A DNA stretch of 64,000 bases from Nitrososphaera sp. (GTDB taxonomy: Archaea > Thermoproteota > Nitrososphaeria > Nitrososphaerales > Nitrososphaeraceae), in assembly GCA_035562555.1 (NCBI GenBank), contig DATMWK010000068.1, forward strand, positions 17,319 to 81,318, read 5' to 3'. Below, one piece after another: positions 29,711 through 39,572 of this stretch. The position numbers and the translations under genes were made by a program. The notes under the pieces were generated by a model. It worked only from the letters and a program-made list of their open reading frames with translations, searched no databases and was not told the origin of the DNA. The stretch's first letter is position 1, and each line of letters opens with the position of its first letter.

Positions 29711-30115
29711 ATGAAAACTATTTCCCTTAGCGTGGCCCAGATTAGAAAGCTTGAAGGAATCGCTAAAGATGCCCTTCCCAATGAGTCTTGTGCCTTCCTT
29801 CTAGGCTATAACGATAAGGTAAAGGAGATTTTGGAAGTTCGAAATAGTGATGAGTCACCTGTTACATTTAGAATCGAGTCTACAGATCTCTTACATGCAT
29901 ATTACCTTGCTGAGAACAAAGGGATGCAAGTAATTGCAATTTTCCATTCGCATCCAACAAAGCCATGGCCGTCAAGTACTGATGTAAAATTTATGGAGAT
30001 AAATCCTGTCGTATGGGTTATTTATTCAACAACAGAGAGCCAGCTCAAGGCTTTCACGTATGAAGACGACTTGGTAAAAGAAGTTCATATAAGAATTATT
30101 GGTGCTAGGGCATAA
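29711..30115 (+). CDS. JAMM/MPN+ family metalloprotease
   Basis: 134 aa. An upstream Glu (PNESCAFLLG) and HSHPTKPWPSSTD form the JAMM motif (E...HxH...S..D). The ATG directly follows the cupredoxin stop (TGAATG). Confidence 0.85.
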   Translation: MKTISLSVAQIRKLEGIAKDALPNESCAFLLGYNDKVKEILEVRNSDESPVTFRIESTDLLHAYYLAENKGMQVIAIFHSHPTKPWPSSTDVKFMEINPVVWVIYSTTESQLKAFTYEDDLVKEVHIRIIGARA

Positions 30116-31400
30116 GCCTTTCAGTGTCCCGTGGGTACAAAACAACCTCCCGTACATTCTGTTCTCCAGTAAGGACCATCATCAGCCGATCATAGCCAAG
30201 ACCCCATCCAGAGTGTGGAGGCATACCCCAGTCAAAAGCTTTGAGGTGGTCCTGAAACGAAGCAGGATTTAGCCCTTGCTCGGCCAGCCTGTTGCGCAAT
30301 TTTCCAGGATTATGCAAACGTCGTCCCCCTGATGCAAGCTCCAAGTAGTTGTACTGAAGGTCAAAAGACTTTGAAAGTCTGGGATCTTCCTCCTTTTCGT
30401 GAATGTAAAAGGGCTTAAGCTTGAGCGGCCAATCCGTGACGAAGTAAAATCCAGGATGCAAGCTTCCAAGTTTTCTAAGCGCTGAATCTGAAAGATCCTC
30501 ACCAAATTCTAGCTTTTCGCCCTCATGACCAAGTTCCTCAAGGCATTGCTCGTAAGTCAATCTCTCTATCTTTGAAACTGAGATTTCCTTCGCACCAGCT
30601 GTCTGTAGATCTCCATCGTACATTTCGTGAAAGCCGATGGCGACTTTTCTTACAACTTTTTCTAAAATATCCATGACGTCTTCGTAGTCAAGAAAGGCGG
30701 CTTCAATGTCGACGCTTATAAATTCGGATAGGTGCCGGACCGTGTGCGAGTTTTCAGCACGGAAGTACGGTCCGATCTCAAAAACCTTGTCAAGGCCAAC
30801 CATCAATTGCTCCTTGTACAATTGGGGACTTTGTGCAAGATACGCCTTTTTATTATCAAAGTACTCAAATCCAAAGAGATTTGCTCCTCCCTCGCTTGCG
30901 CTGCCGATTATCTTAGGAGTATTGACTTCGATAAAGCCTTGCGAGGATAGTGCATCTCTTATGATCTTAAGTCCTGCTGAGCGAAGACGGAAAATGGCTG
31001 CTATTCTTGGATTCCTTAAATCAAGTGCACGTGCGTCGAGCCGCTTATCTATAGCAGATTCTACTCGTCCAGTAGGGTCTATTGGGAGTGGATGCACTGC
31101 TTCTGTAAGTACTGTAAATTCACTTACCTTCAGTTCAACAGGAAAGTCTCGGGCCTTGCTCTCTTGTACAATCCCTGTGATAGTTACTGCACTCTGTCTA
31201 GGAGCCTGCAGTGCCGATTGCAAATTGTCACCTATCATGATGGCTTGGCATAGGCCTGTAAGATCTCTGATTGTTACGAAAGCAAGTTTACCAATATTCC
31301 GTATATCTTCTATCCATCCTCCAATTGTTACTTGCTGTCCTAGCAGTGCGGTGCTAACTTGGCATGCATAATGAGTCCTTTTGATGTTTTTTAGAGCCAT
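30105..31400 (-). CDS. aspS: Aspartyl-tRNA synthetase, archaeal/eukaryotic type
   Basis: 431 aa. N-terminal OB anticodon-binding domain and class IIb motifs (FRAE, GGRR...; GLGYDRL). Confidence 0.93.
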   Translation of the reverse strand: MALKNIKRTHYACQVSTALLGQQVTIGGWIEDIRNIGKLAFVTIRDLTGLCQAIMIGDNLQSALQAPRQSAVTITGIVQESKARDFPVELKVSEFTVLTEAVHPLPIDPTGRVESAIDKRLDARALDLRNPRIAAIFRLRSAGLKIIRDALSSQGFIEVNTPKIIGSASEGGANLFGFEYFDNKKAYLAQSPQLYKEQLMVGLDKVFEIGPYFRAENSHTVRHLSEFISVDIEAAFLDYEDVMDILEKVVRKVAIGFHEMYDGDLQTAGAKEISVSKIERLTYEQCLEELGHEGEKLEFGEDLSDSALRKLGSLHPGFYFVTDWPLKLKPFYIHEKEEDPRLSKSFDLQYNYLELASGGRRLHNPGKLRNRLAEQGLNPASFQDHLKAFDWGMPPHSGWGLGYDRLMMVLTGEQNVREVVLYPRDTERLMP

Positions 31401-31404
31401 TTTC

Positions 31405-31923
31405 TTAGATCCTATTTTGATTATTCTTGAACTCTACTAGCAGTTCGATGTTTCTTATAGCCTTTGCAATCTTTTGCACTTTCTCTATATCGACTGGGGT
31501 ATTTTTGGGATCGTCTGCAATAATGATCTTCGTGAGCTTATTGGTTCCAGGAAGCCAGAAGAAGTTGACTGACAAGACCTTTAGTGGATGAAAGAGGCTT
31601 TCAATGAATCGCCTGTCGGATGCCTCCGTTTCAACGAACCAGACCTTTTGTCCCATTTGTTTTTCAATTTTGCTGGCTAGCTGTTCGTTACCTCGTAGCA
31701 CGCTTACATCAGACCCCCGCAATACAAGCACAAAGTCTCCATGCACCCTTGTACCGCGTACAAGTGTAAACTTGTTAACCTCCTGATTGTGATCTGCCAA
31801 ACCAATCAGCTTTGTTGCAGCCTCGACGTCATCTTGCGTTATACTTCCTGACTTCATTTTCGCTTCGCATTTGCTACAAAGCACACCAGACTTAGCATCA
31901 AAGGAGCAGATCGGAGTTTTCAA
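31405..31923 (-). CDS. NusA-like KH-domain protein with N-terminal zinc ribbon (tentative)
   Basis: 172 aa. Starts MKTPICSFDAKSGVLCSKCEAK. FIESLFHPLKVLSV...IIIADD resembles the NusA KH segment (FI.NAL.PA.V). Sits 4 nt upstream of aspS. Confidence 0.5.
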   Translation of the reverse strand: MKTPICSFDAKSGVLCSKCEAKMKSGSITQDDVEAATKLIGLADHNQEVNKFTLVRGTRVHGDFVLVLRGSDVSVLRGNEQLASKIEKQMGQKVWFVETEASDRRFIESLFHPLKVLSVNFFWLPGTNKLTKIIIADDPKNTPVDIEKVQKIAKAIRNIELLVEFKNNQNRI

Positions 31924-32393
31924 TTATTATAAACTTATGATGATCTGTCATTTGGGTTATATAACCCATATGTACTCTCGCAAAATAGAGCTAAACATTG
32001 AATATAATAAAGCATTGAAACAACTGCAGTAGAAAAGAGGAGATAAAGGACAGGATAGCGCAGGGAGATGTACAAGGCAGAGATGTTGAGTACTGGAAGG
32101 TGCTTGACGGAATCAAGATAATGAGGATTAAATTCTAGAGGCTAGAAGAGAGATATAAAAGCCAAAGCTAGAACTAAAGCTAAAGTTCATACAATAGAGC
32201 ATCTAATTGCTATATTTGGATGCTGATGAGGACGATATTAGGAAGAGCGGGCTGATGCGTGCGCGCCTGTTTGTATGTGTGTATGCATATATGTGTGTGT
32301 TTCTCTCAAGAAAACAGACAGACGTACGCGTAAACACATCATCCATAACTGATGATGAAGATTATGAGATCCTGAGCCATCCATATTGTATTC

Positions 32394-33737
32394 TTATATC
32401 CTTCGGGACCTTACGTTTACTATCTTATCAAGTGCGTTGCCAATAAGGACAAACGCAAGCCCTGTTATTGCTATCATAAGGCCTGGCGGCATTATCCACC
32501 ACCAAAGACCTCGCGAAACAGCTCCTGCAGAATTGGCGTCATGTAGGATTTGACCCCAGGTAGGAATTGATGGATCGCCTAGGCCTAAAAATGAAAGCGC
32601 AGCCTCACCTAGAATTGCACTTGGAACCGCAATGGCAATGCTGGCAAATGTTAGTGGCAGTAGCTGTGGAATTATGTGTTTGAAAATTATTTTTGAGTCT
32701 GATTGGCCCATCAGTTTTGCTGCTTCGATGTACTGTAGGCTCCTTATCTGCAGTGCAAGGCTTCTGCTTATCTTTGCCATTCCGACCCAGCCAAATATTA
32801 CCAGAAATCCGGTTATCAAAAATATGCTACGTCCTATAGTCACTGACAAAATCACGAGAAGGGGAAGAGTGGGGAGCGAATAAAAGACATCGTTTATGCG
32901 CATGAGACCTTCGTCTGTGCGGTTTCCCTTGTAGCCTGCGACAATCCCATACAGCAGGCCAATAAGTACTGCCGCGACTGACACAGTAAGCCCAATAAAA
33001 AGTGCAACAGGTGCGCCCCAGAGTATGCCAATAGCTAAATCGTGACGCAAGTCGTCAGTACCCATGATACCATAGACTTTTCCACCTAATATTACTCCAG
33101 AATCGAGAACGGTGTCATTTGGATCAAATAAATAGAAGGTGTTGCGGAAGACATAGGTGCCTTTTAGCACTTTATTCTCCTGCGTATCTGAAAAAATCAT
33201 GACTTGTGGTCTAGTAGGATCTACTGTATATGCAAAGAGATTGCTATATCCAGCAAGGCTATCTGCAATAAGTGTGTCTGTGGAGAAGATCCTGGCAGAG
33301 AATTCATTGCTCTCGTTCTGGGGGGAAGGAAGAGATGCAAAGTAAACCTGGAATTCATTACCATCTGGCCTAAGCACATCGACCTGAATTGCTGGTTGAA
33401 TACCACCATATTTGGCAGAATACGTAACCATGAAGTCATTTGGATAAGAATCGTAATCGAAATTGACTTTGTAAGAATGGCTCTCAATGCGTACTCCATC
33501 TTCTAAAACAGTAGACTTGTCAGCGTCTTTGGCAGTCATGATCAAATGCTCTGGCATATTTAGCCCCAGCATGTTTAGCCAGGCAGGCATAGCCGACTGG
33601 GGGAGATTGATCCAAAAGTTTGGGTTATTCCACTGCGTGAAAGATTTTAATGGAATAGCTACCGTTGCATAAATTGTTATTAAGATAAGTCCAAATAATA
33701 TTGCAATGCCAGCAATGCCACCTTTGGAACGTTTCAA
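32394..33737 (-). CDS. ABC transporter permease (Opp/Dpp C-type) with large extracytoplasmic insert
   Basis: 447 aa. The C-terminal half carries the BPD-transporter EAA-type loop (IEAAKLMGQSD..I). About 230 aa lie between TM1 and TM2. Confidence 0.85.
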   Translation of the reverse strand: MKRSKGGIAGIAILFGLILITIYATVAIPLKSFTQWNNPNFWINLPQSAMPAWLNMLGLNMPEHLIMTAKDADKSTVLEDGVRIESHSYKVNFDYDSYPNDFMVTYSAKYGGIQPAIQVDVLRPDGNEFQVYFASLPSPQNESNEFSARIFSTDTLIADSLAGYSNLFAYTVDPTRPQVMIFSDTQENKVLKGTYVFRNTFYLFDPNDTVLDSGVILGGKVYGIMGTDDLRHDLAIGILWGAPVALFIGLTVSVAAVLIGLLYGIVAGYKGNRTDEGLMRINDVFYSLPTLPLLVILSVTIGRSIFLITGFLVIFGWVGMAKISRSLALQIRSLQYIEAAKLMGQSDSKIIFKHIIPQLLPLTFASIAIAVPSAILGEAALSFLGLGDPSIPTWGQILHDANSAGAVSRGLWWWIMPPGLMIAITGLAFVLIGNALDKIVNVRSRRI

Positions 33738-33781
33738 TCCCTTGAAAACATCTGACCTAGAAGGTGCTTCTACAGGACTTG

Positions 33782-34828
33782 TCAGGCGATCTTCACCCTT
33801 GGATCGAAGTAAGCGTATACTATGTCAGTGGCAAATACTGTGAAGATGAAAATGAGTGTTGATATGTATGTTAATCCAATTATAACTGGTATGTCAAAAA
33901 AGCCTATTGCTTGATAATATAAGCTCCCTATTCCTGGCCAACCAAAAACTGCTTCTATAGTAATGGCACCTCCAAAGGAGCTGGCAAGGCTCAAGGCTAT
34001 AACAGTAATGATCGGCGGTGCAGCATTCTTTAGAGCATGGGAATATAAGATCTTCTTTTGTGGTATACCTGCGGCCCTCTTGGCTATGATATAGTCTTCC
34101 CCCAAGACTCCAACCACAAAATAGCGTACAATATAAGCCCACGACCCAAAGCCGACTAGCACTATTGTGATAAGAGGTAAAATCATATGATAAAGCAAAT
34201 CTAATGCATAACCCGGATCGGATGGCGCAGTAAGAGGCGTGGCTGTCGCAGGAAAAATATGGTATGTAAATGCAAAAGCAATGATCATAAGCATTCCGAC
34301 CCACCAAGTGGCAAAGCTGCTGCTAAACACTGCAAAAGCAGAGTTGATCTTGTCCCAAAGAGAGCCAGCGCGATTTGCTGCAAACGCGCCAAGGTAAAGC
34401 CCGATCATAGTAATAATCAGAGTTGAAGTAGTAAAAAGCAATATTGTCTTTGGCACCTTTTCCAAGATGATGTCACGCACATTTGCCGAGCCGCTCTCGC
34501 TTGTAAGGTAATTAGACTTTCCAAGGTCGAGCACCATCACTTTCAAGACAGTGTTTGTAAACCGCTTAGGAGAGTACCACGGCTCGTCAAGACCGAGCGC
34601 CTTAATCTGAAGGTCAATCTTTTCGTCTATGTAGTTCTGGCGCTCCTCAGTATTTTGGAACTTAATATTACTATGGTTTGTTTCTTCGACAACGGCGGAT
34701 CTTGTCGCATCAAGCAGTATCTTATCCATGGTAGAACCAACTAGAGTCATTGTTAGGATCAAAGTGGAAAATAGCACTATAACCATATTTAATGAGCGTT
34801 TTACAACAAAGCCTCCAAAGTCTCCCAA
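33782..34828 (-). CDS. ABC transporter permease (Opp/Dpp B-type)
   Basis: 348 aa. Six TM helices and the motif YIIAKRAAGIPQKKILY.HALKNA, typical of DppB/OppB. Confidence 0.85.
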   Translation of the reverse strand: MGDFGGFVVKRSLNMVIVLFSTLILTMTLVGSTMDKILLDATRSAVVEETNHSNIKFQNTEERQNYIDEKIDLQIKALGLDEPWYSPKRFTNTVLKVMVLDLGKSNYLTSESGSANVRDIILEKVPKTILLFTTSTLIITMIGLYLGAFAANRAGSLWDKINSAFAVFSSSFATWWVGMLMIIAFAFTYHIFPATATPLTAPSDPGYALDLLYHMILPLITIVLVGFGSWAYIVRYFVVGVLGEDYIIAKRAAGIPQKKILYSHALKNAAPPIITVIALSLASSFGGAITIEAVFGWPGIGSLYYQAIGFFDIPVIIGLTYISTLIFIFTVFATDIVYAYFDPRVKIA

Positions 34829-35106
34829 CTACAACCAATCACCACCTAGCGATTTTATATTTTCTACCAATTTTCACTGCAGAGATATAATATGTCTGTT
34901 GTAAATACTGTTCGGCGATACTAAGACTTTGGCCTTGTCTAAACAATAACAGTTATCAACACAACAGAGACTCAAGTGCTTGCTTGCTTGTTGCCAGAAA
35001 TACATGATATTTGCAATCACACTCGCAATGGCTAGTGGCATAATGATGTAGAGTGTCGATCAATAATAGATCGGATCAAAGATATTTATTGTCATGCTGT
35101 CGCAAC

Positions 35107-37587
35107 CTATTGTGTTGTGTTGACAAGAGATTGATCACCGCCCATCTGATTGTTGTTATTAGGGCTCTGACTGAAACCAAGTGCGCCTGGAGCAGCGAGA
35201 ATAGTGTTTGAAGAAATGTCAGGGCGAAGGGCATCCTTACTTGTTGCAAATATCTTGATTTGATTAGGTCCAGGTGATAGCATTGCAGTCATCTCTGATG
35301 TCAGATCGATAGTGAATTGCCCGGTGCTTTGAGGTTGGGCCTCTCCTCTTACTTTCACTATTCCATCCTTGTTTGAAACAAAATAATTTACTGTCACATT
35401 ACTGCTCGGCTGGCCGGCGACCTCAACACTGACCTTGATTGGGGTAGGCTGACCCATCGTTAGTATCCGCGGCACGTCAACAGTACTAATCTCAGCAAGT
35501 GCAGGTGACTCATACTGAGACCAGTGACCCATCTCAAATGGATACGAGGCGTCTCTAAATGCATTAATAGTTATTGTTCCTCCTGCTGCATTGAAGTTGT
35601 CAAGATAGAACGGACCATTGCTAATTATTGCATGCCCATGGTTTTCAATCCAGCTGATGCTGGCATCATAACGCTTGAGGGCATCTTGCACCGTTATTAC
35701 GTTCTTTAGGGCAGGTGGCACAAATTGCTCATTTTTCATTTCTTGAAGCTCTGCCTTTATCATTTCCGCATGCTCTCTTACGAGAGGATCGTACCATCCA
35801 ATTCCTTTGGCTTGTGCTTCGCTTCTAGAATAAGCAAGTCCGCCATCCATGACAATTCTTTCAGAGGCAGCGAGAATTTCCCATGGCTCATTGGCAAAGA
35901 AGACTCCCGAGTCAGCAATCTCCTTCTCGTCGTAATGCCAAATATCAACATATGATTCAATCTTGTCAGGGGCAATATACCTCAGCCCTTTGGAAAGCTT
36001 TAGAGCTTCGCTTGCTACTGGTGTATATTCAGGATCTACTGTGCGATCTCCTGGGCCAGTATCAGTGCCCCATTCATAGCTGAAATAATCAGCATACATC
36101 ATGTCAGAAACATCCATTTGAATGCCATTATGCCATTTTGAATAAAGTGGCGTGAACGTTACCTTACTTGTGGCAGTGGATCCTTCGCCTGCTTGAACCC
36201 ACTGCTGCAATGTTTGATTCCATCTCATTGCATCGGAAGGTACATCTAATTTGCCAAGAGGACCGGCTGTCTCGATGTCTGTCCAAGGGCTTCGAAACGG
36301 AATCACCTCTCCCGTATACGGGTGTCTAAAAGCGTCAGGATCTGCAATCATAAAGTAGATACTTCTACTATAAATATCCTGTTGACCTGCAATTGTGTTC
36401 CAAGACCCTTGATGGATCTGCTTGACTCCAATGTCAACTGAAGGACTTCCATCACCTGACCTTGCGTTTAATAGAGAATACTTGCTTGTTATTCCAGCCC
36501 CAAAATCATTTACCAAACCCTGTATATTGGCAGATGCAACAAAGGCGTCAGTCTTCTGTGCAACAAATATCCTCACAGATTCTTGGATACCCATCTTTAC
36601 TGCATCACTTACAAGCTGGTTCCTTTCCGTCTCGGATGTGAAGTTGAAAAAAGCTATCTTCTGGGTAATCTCATCAAGCGTACCATTTTGATAATTCCAA
36701 TAGCTCGGGTTCTGAGACCCTGGCATTCCGCTCAACCAAGGGGCATACATCTGGGCTGGAATTATTGGATTATATCTCACAAATGCGCTGGTACCTCCAA
36801 GCTCTTCTGTGTATAACTGCCATTGCAAGTCCTTCGGATCTGAACCATATACTACTGTGTTTGCCTTGTTTAAATCACCGTAATCTCTCTGGACGGCAAA
36901 GCCAATCTTTTCAAGCTCTGAAGCAACCAGCTCTCCCATTGATTTCTTTTGGACGTCATCTTGTCTTATGAGCATCTTTATGGTAACAGGACCCCCATTG
37001 AAAACCCATTTACCACCTTCGTTTGCAGCGCCTGCAGCAATCATCGCGCCAGAAATCATACTTGATGCAAGTGATGGATTATACCTAAAACCAAATGATT
37101 CAACTGTATCGATAATATTAAGATATTCCGGTGAATATATCCCAAATGGACCGATAAGGGGACTGCCGTACCCTTTCAGAATTTCATTAATCACGAAGTC
37201 TCGGTCTATCAGATAGTTCAAAGCATAACGGACTTCCTTGAATTGGAAGGGATTCAGGATGTTAGAATCTGCTGCAGGAGCGGGATTTACAAACAAGCCT
37301 AATGAACCCGCAGTCTTATCATATACCTTTAGCCTAGGATCATTCCTTGCATCATTGGCAGCTTCGGGTGGAATTGGAAAAAAATTCATATCAAGAGACC
37401 CAGATTTGACCTCTTCAAGTGCAAGATTCTCGTCGGCTCGGAGAATAAATCTTGCGTGATCTATATAAGGACCTTTTTGTTGTACCTGCGAGAAAGCAGA
37501 ATTCTCAAATGCCGCAGAAGAAAATAAAAGCGATACAGCAATAGAAACAATAGCAACATGTGATCCTATTTTTTGCAACGCTATCAC
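35107..37587 (-). CDS. Extracellular solute-binding protein, family 5 (peptide/nickel type), extended
   Basis: 826 aa. N-terminal signal/anchor, an SBP_bac_5-like core, an extra beta-rich C-terminal domain and an Asn/Gln-rich tail. Confidence 0.82.
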   Translation of the reverse strand: MIALQKIGSHVAIVSIAVSLLFSSAAFENSAFSQVQQKGPYIDHARFILRADENLALEEVKSGSLDMNFFPIPPEAANDARNDPRLKVYDKTAGSLGLFVNPAPAADSNILNPFQFKEVRYALNYLIDRDFVINEILKGYGSPLIGPFGIYSPEYLNIIDTVESFGFRYNPSLASSMISGAMIAAGAANEGGKWVFNGGPVTIKMLIRQDDVQKKSMGELVASELEKIGFAVQRDYGDLNKANTVVYGSDPKDLQWQLYTEELGGTSAFVRYNPIIPAQMYAPWLSGMPGSQNPSYWNYQNGTLDEITQKIAFFNFTSETERNQLVSDAVKMGIQESVRIFVAQKTDAFVASANIQGLVNDFGAGITSKYSLLNARSGDGSPSVDIGVKQIHQGSWNTIAGQQDIYSRSIYFMIADPDAFRHPYTGEVIPFRSPWTDIETAGPLGKLDVPSDAMRWNQTLQQWVQAGEGSTATSKVTFTPLYSKWHNGIQMDVSDMMYADYFSYEWGTDTGPGDRTVDPEYTPVASEALKLSKGLRYIAPDKIESYVDIWHYDEKEIADSGVFFANEPWEILAASERIVMDGGLAYSRSEAQAKGIGWYDPLVREHAEMIKAELQEMKNEQFVPPALKNVITVQDALKRYDASISWIENHGHAIISNGPFYLDNFNAAGGTITINAFRDASYPFEMGHWSQYESPALAEISTVDVPRILTMGQPTPIKVSVEVAGQPSSNVTVNYFVSNKDGIVKVRGEAQPQSTGQFTIDLTSEMTAMLSPGPNQIKIFATSKDALRPDISSNTILAAPGALGFSQSPNNNNQMGGDQSLVNTTQ

Positions 37588-37633
37588 AGGCTAGTACGTG
37601 CTAATATACCTTTTCTAAACAAGGTTTGGTTCT

Positions 37634-38452
37634 TCATTTACTTTGCAGCTCTGGTATTGCATTTATTAGCGATCTCGTATATGGATGAGAGGGATCCGAA
37701 AGTACCTTGTCAATTGGACCTATCTCGACTATCTTACCCGATTTCATTATAGCTAAATCGTCCCCTATATATCGCGCTGTTGACAGGTCGTGTGTTATGT
37801 AGATGTAAGAAATACTAAATTTCTCCCTAAGGCTCTGCATAAGTCCTAATATTTCGCCCCTGACGGACACATCAAGCATTGAGACGGGCTCATCAGCCAC
37901 GATAAGTTTAGGGCGGAGCACTAATGCTCTTGCTATTGCAACCCTCTGTCTTTGACCTCCTGAAAGTGTGTGTGGAAGCCTGGCTGCTATCTCTTCTGGC
38001 GGCTCAAGGCCGACCTCGCGTAGAGCATTTAGAACCTTTTCCATCTTCTGCTGTTTTGAGGTTTGCTTGTCGTGAATGCTGATTGGCTCCATTATTATCT
38101 CCCTAACCTTCATACGGGGATCGAGGGATGCATATGGGTCTTGATATACCATCTGGACTGCCCTCCGGAAGTGTATAAGCTGGCTTCCCCTGGCCCGTGT
38201 TACATCGTTTCCTTCAAATATTATTGAGCCACTATCTGGATCTATCGCGCGCATGACAAGCCTTGCGATGGTTGTCTTACCTGAGCCGGATGCGCCCGCA
38301 AAAACTAACACCTTGCCCCTATCGACAATAAAGCTTACATCGTCTACTGCTTTGACAAAGAGGCTAGGCTGCGCCGGCTTGAAGAACTCGCGCAAAGTCT
38401 TCTTGATAGCAAAATATTTTCTCAGCCCTTTTGCCTCAAGGAGTACACCCAA
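37634..38452 (-). CDS. ABC transporter ATP-binding protein (Opp/Dpp F-type)
   Basis: 272 aa. Walker A GASGSGKTT, signature LSGGQRQR, Walker B LIVADEP. Confidence 0.9.
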   Translation of the reverse strand: MGVLLEAKGLRKYFAIKKTLREFFKPAQPSLFVKAVDDVSFIVDRGKVLVFAGASGSGKTTIARLVMRAIDPDSGSIIFEGNDVTRARGSQLIHFRRAVQMVYQDPYASLDPRMKVREIIMEPISIHDKQTSKQQKMEKVLNALREVGLEPPEEIAARLPHTLSGGQRQRVAIARALVLRPKLIVADEPVSMLDVSVRGEILGLMQSLREKFSISYIYITHDLSTARYIGDDLAIMKSGKIVEIGPIDKVLSDPSHPYTRSLINAIPELQSK

Positions 38453-38548
38453 CTAGTTCCAAGTTGTCCTACTGGTAATATAAAGACAGTTACAATTCAT
38501 AATGCAAATTTCCAGAATCCTCATATAACCAATAATGGATTTCTTCTC

Positions 38549-39523
38549 TTGTTATTGCCGAAACTAAAAGTATCCGGCCTCAAGGCATATTATTTTACCG
38601 AAAACGGGACAATAAGGGGAGTAGACGGCGTAAACTTCGAGATCGATGAGGGTGAGTCGCTTGGCATTGTTGGAGAATCAGCATGCGGCAAAAGTACGCT
38701 AGGCGCAGCCCTTCTGCGATCAATACAGTTTCCTGGAAGAATAGTTGAAGGTAGTATAATCTTAGGAGGCGATGACATTATGAAAATGTCTTCATCGGAA
38801 TTCGATAGCAAGATACGATGGAAGAGAATATCGATGGTTTTCCAAGGTGCGATGAACGCTCTTGATCCGGTATATACTGTGGAAAGCCAGCTACGGGAAA
38901 TTCTAACAGAACACCAGTTTCAAGGCAAGATTGATGACAAAATAGCAGAATCGCTCCAACAGGTTGGCCTTGATTTGTCAATTGCAAAGCGTTACCCCCA
39001 CGAGCTCTCCGGTGGTATGAAACAGCGGGTTGTAATTGCGATGGCGCTTTTATTGGATCCTGACATTTTGATAGCCGATGAACCAACAACTGCGCTCGAT
39101 ATGGTAGTGCAGTCGCAGATAATCGGCTTACTTAAAAAATTACAGAAGGAAAAAGGAATAACAATAATATTAATAACACATGATCTCGCACTTGTCTCGC
39201 AGATCACAGATAGGATAGGCATCATGTATGCTGGACAACTGGTCGAATTCTCGACTACAAGTGATATCTACAAGAATGCCAGCCATCCATATACTCGTGC
39301 TTTAATTGAAGCAATTCCTAAGCTGAGGACAGAAGACAAGAAAATACATTTCGTGAAGGGAAGCCCGCCGTCGTTGCTCAGTCCTCCTCCGGGTTGCAGA
39401 TTCCGCGACCGCTGCATCCATGCTATGGATGTATGCAAGATTGATCCTCCGGAATTTGAGACAAAAACAGGTTTCGTCAGCTGTTGGCTGTACGAGGACG
39501 CAAGGGAGGACCACCAACCTTAA
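38549..39523 (+). CDS. ABC transporter ATP-binding protein (Opp/Dpp D-type)
   Basis: 324 aa. Walker A GESACGKST, signature LSGGMKQR, Walker B ILIADEPTTALD, and a C-terminal oligopeptide-transporter Cys motif (GCRFRDRC). Divergent from the rest of the transporter genes. Confidence 0.9.
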   Translation: MLLPKLKVSGLKAYYFTENGTIRGVDGVNFEIDEGESLGIVGESACGKSTLGAALLRSIQFPGRIVEGSIILGGDDIMKMSSSEFDSKIRWKRISMVFQGAMNALDPVYTVESQLREILTEHQFQGKIDDKIAESLQQVGLDLSIAKRYPHELSGGMKQRVVIAMALLLDPDILIADEPTTALDMVVQSQIIGLLKKLQKEKGITIILITHDLALVSQITDRIGIMYAGQLVEFSTTSDIYKNASHPYTRALIEAIPKLRTEDKKIHFVKGSPPSLLSPPPGCRFRDRCIHAMDVCKIDPPEFETKTGFVSCWLYEDAREDHQP

Positions 39524-39572
39524 AAAGTGTGATGTGTCTAGAGACTCCACAGCGTGCAGGTAATTTCATGAA

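Noticed and set aside
30706-31371. Long antisense ORFs: 221 aa opposite aspS, 62878-63552 opposite the thiolase, 23467-24284 opposite ef1b/cdc48 and 21154-21612 opposite the EamA gene
   Set aside because: Each is fully embedded antisense to a gene with strong family signatures. Each has a low-complexity Ser/Ala/Leu-rich composition typical of shadow ORFs.
32350-32375. C/D-box sRNA-like elements (UGAUGAUGA ... CUGA)
   Set aside because: Only one box pair is present, with spacing of about 14-19 nt depending on which overlapping UGAUGA is used. There are no C'/D' boxes and no terminal stem, so the total length is far too short for an archaeal C/D sRNA.
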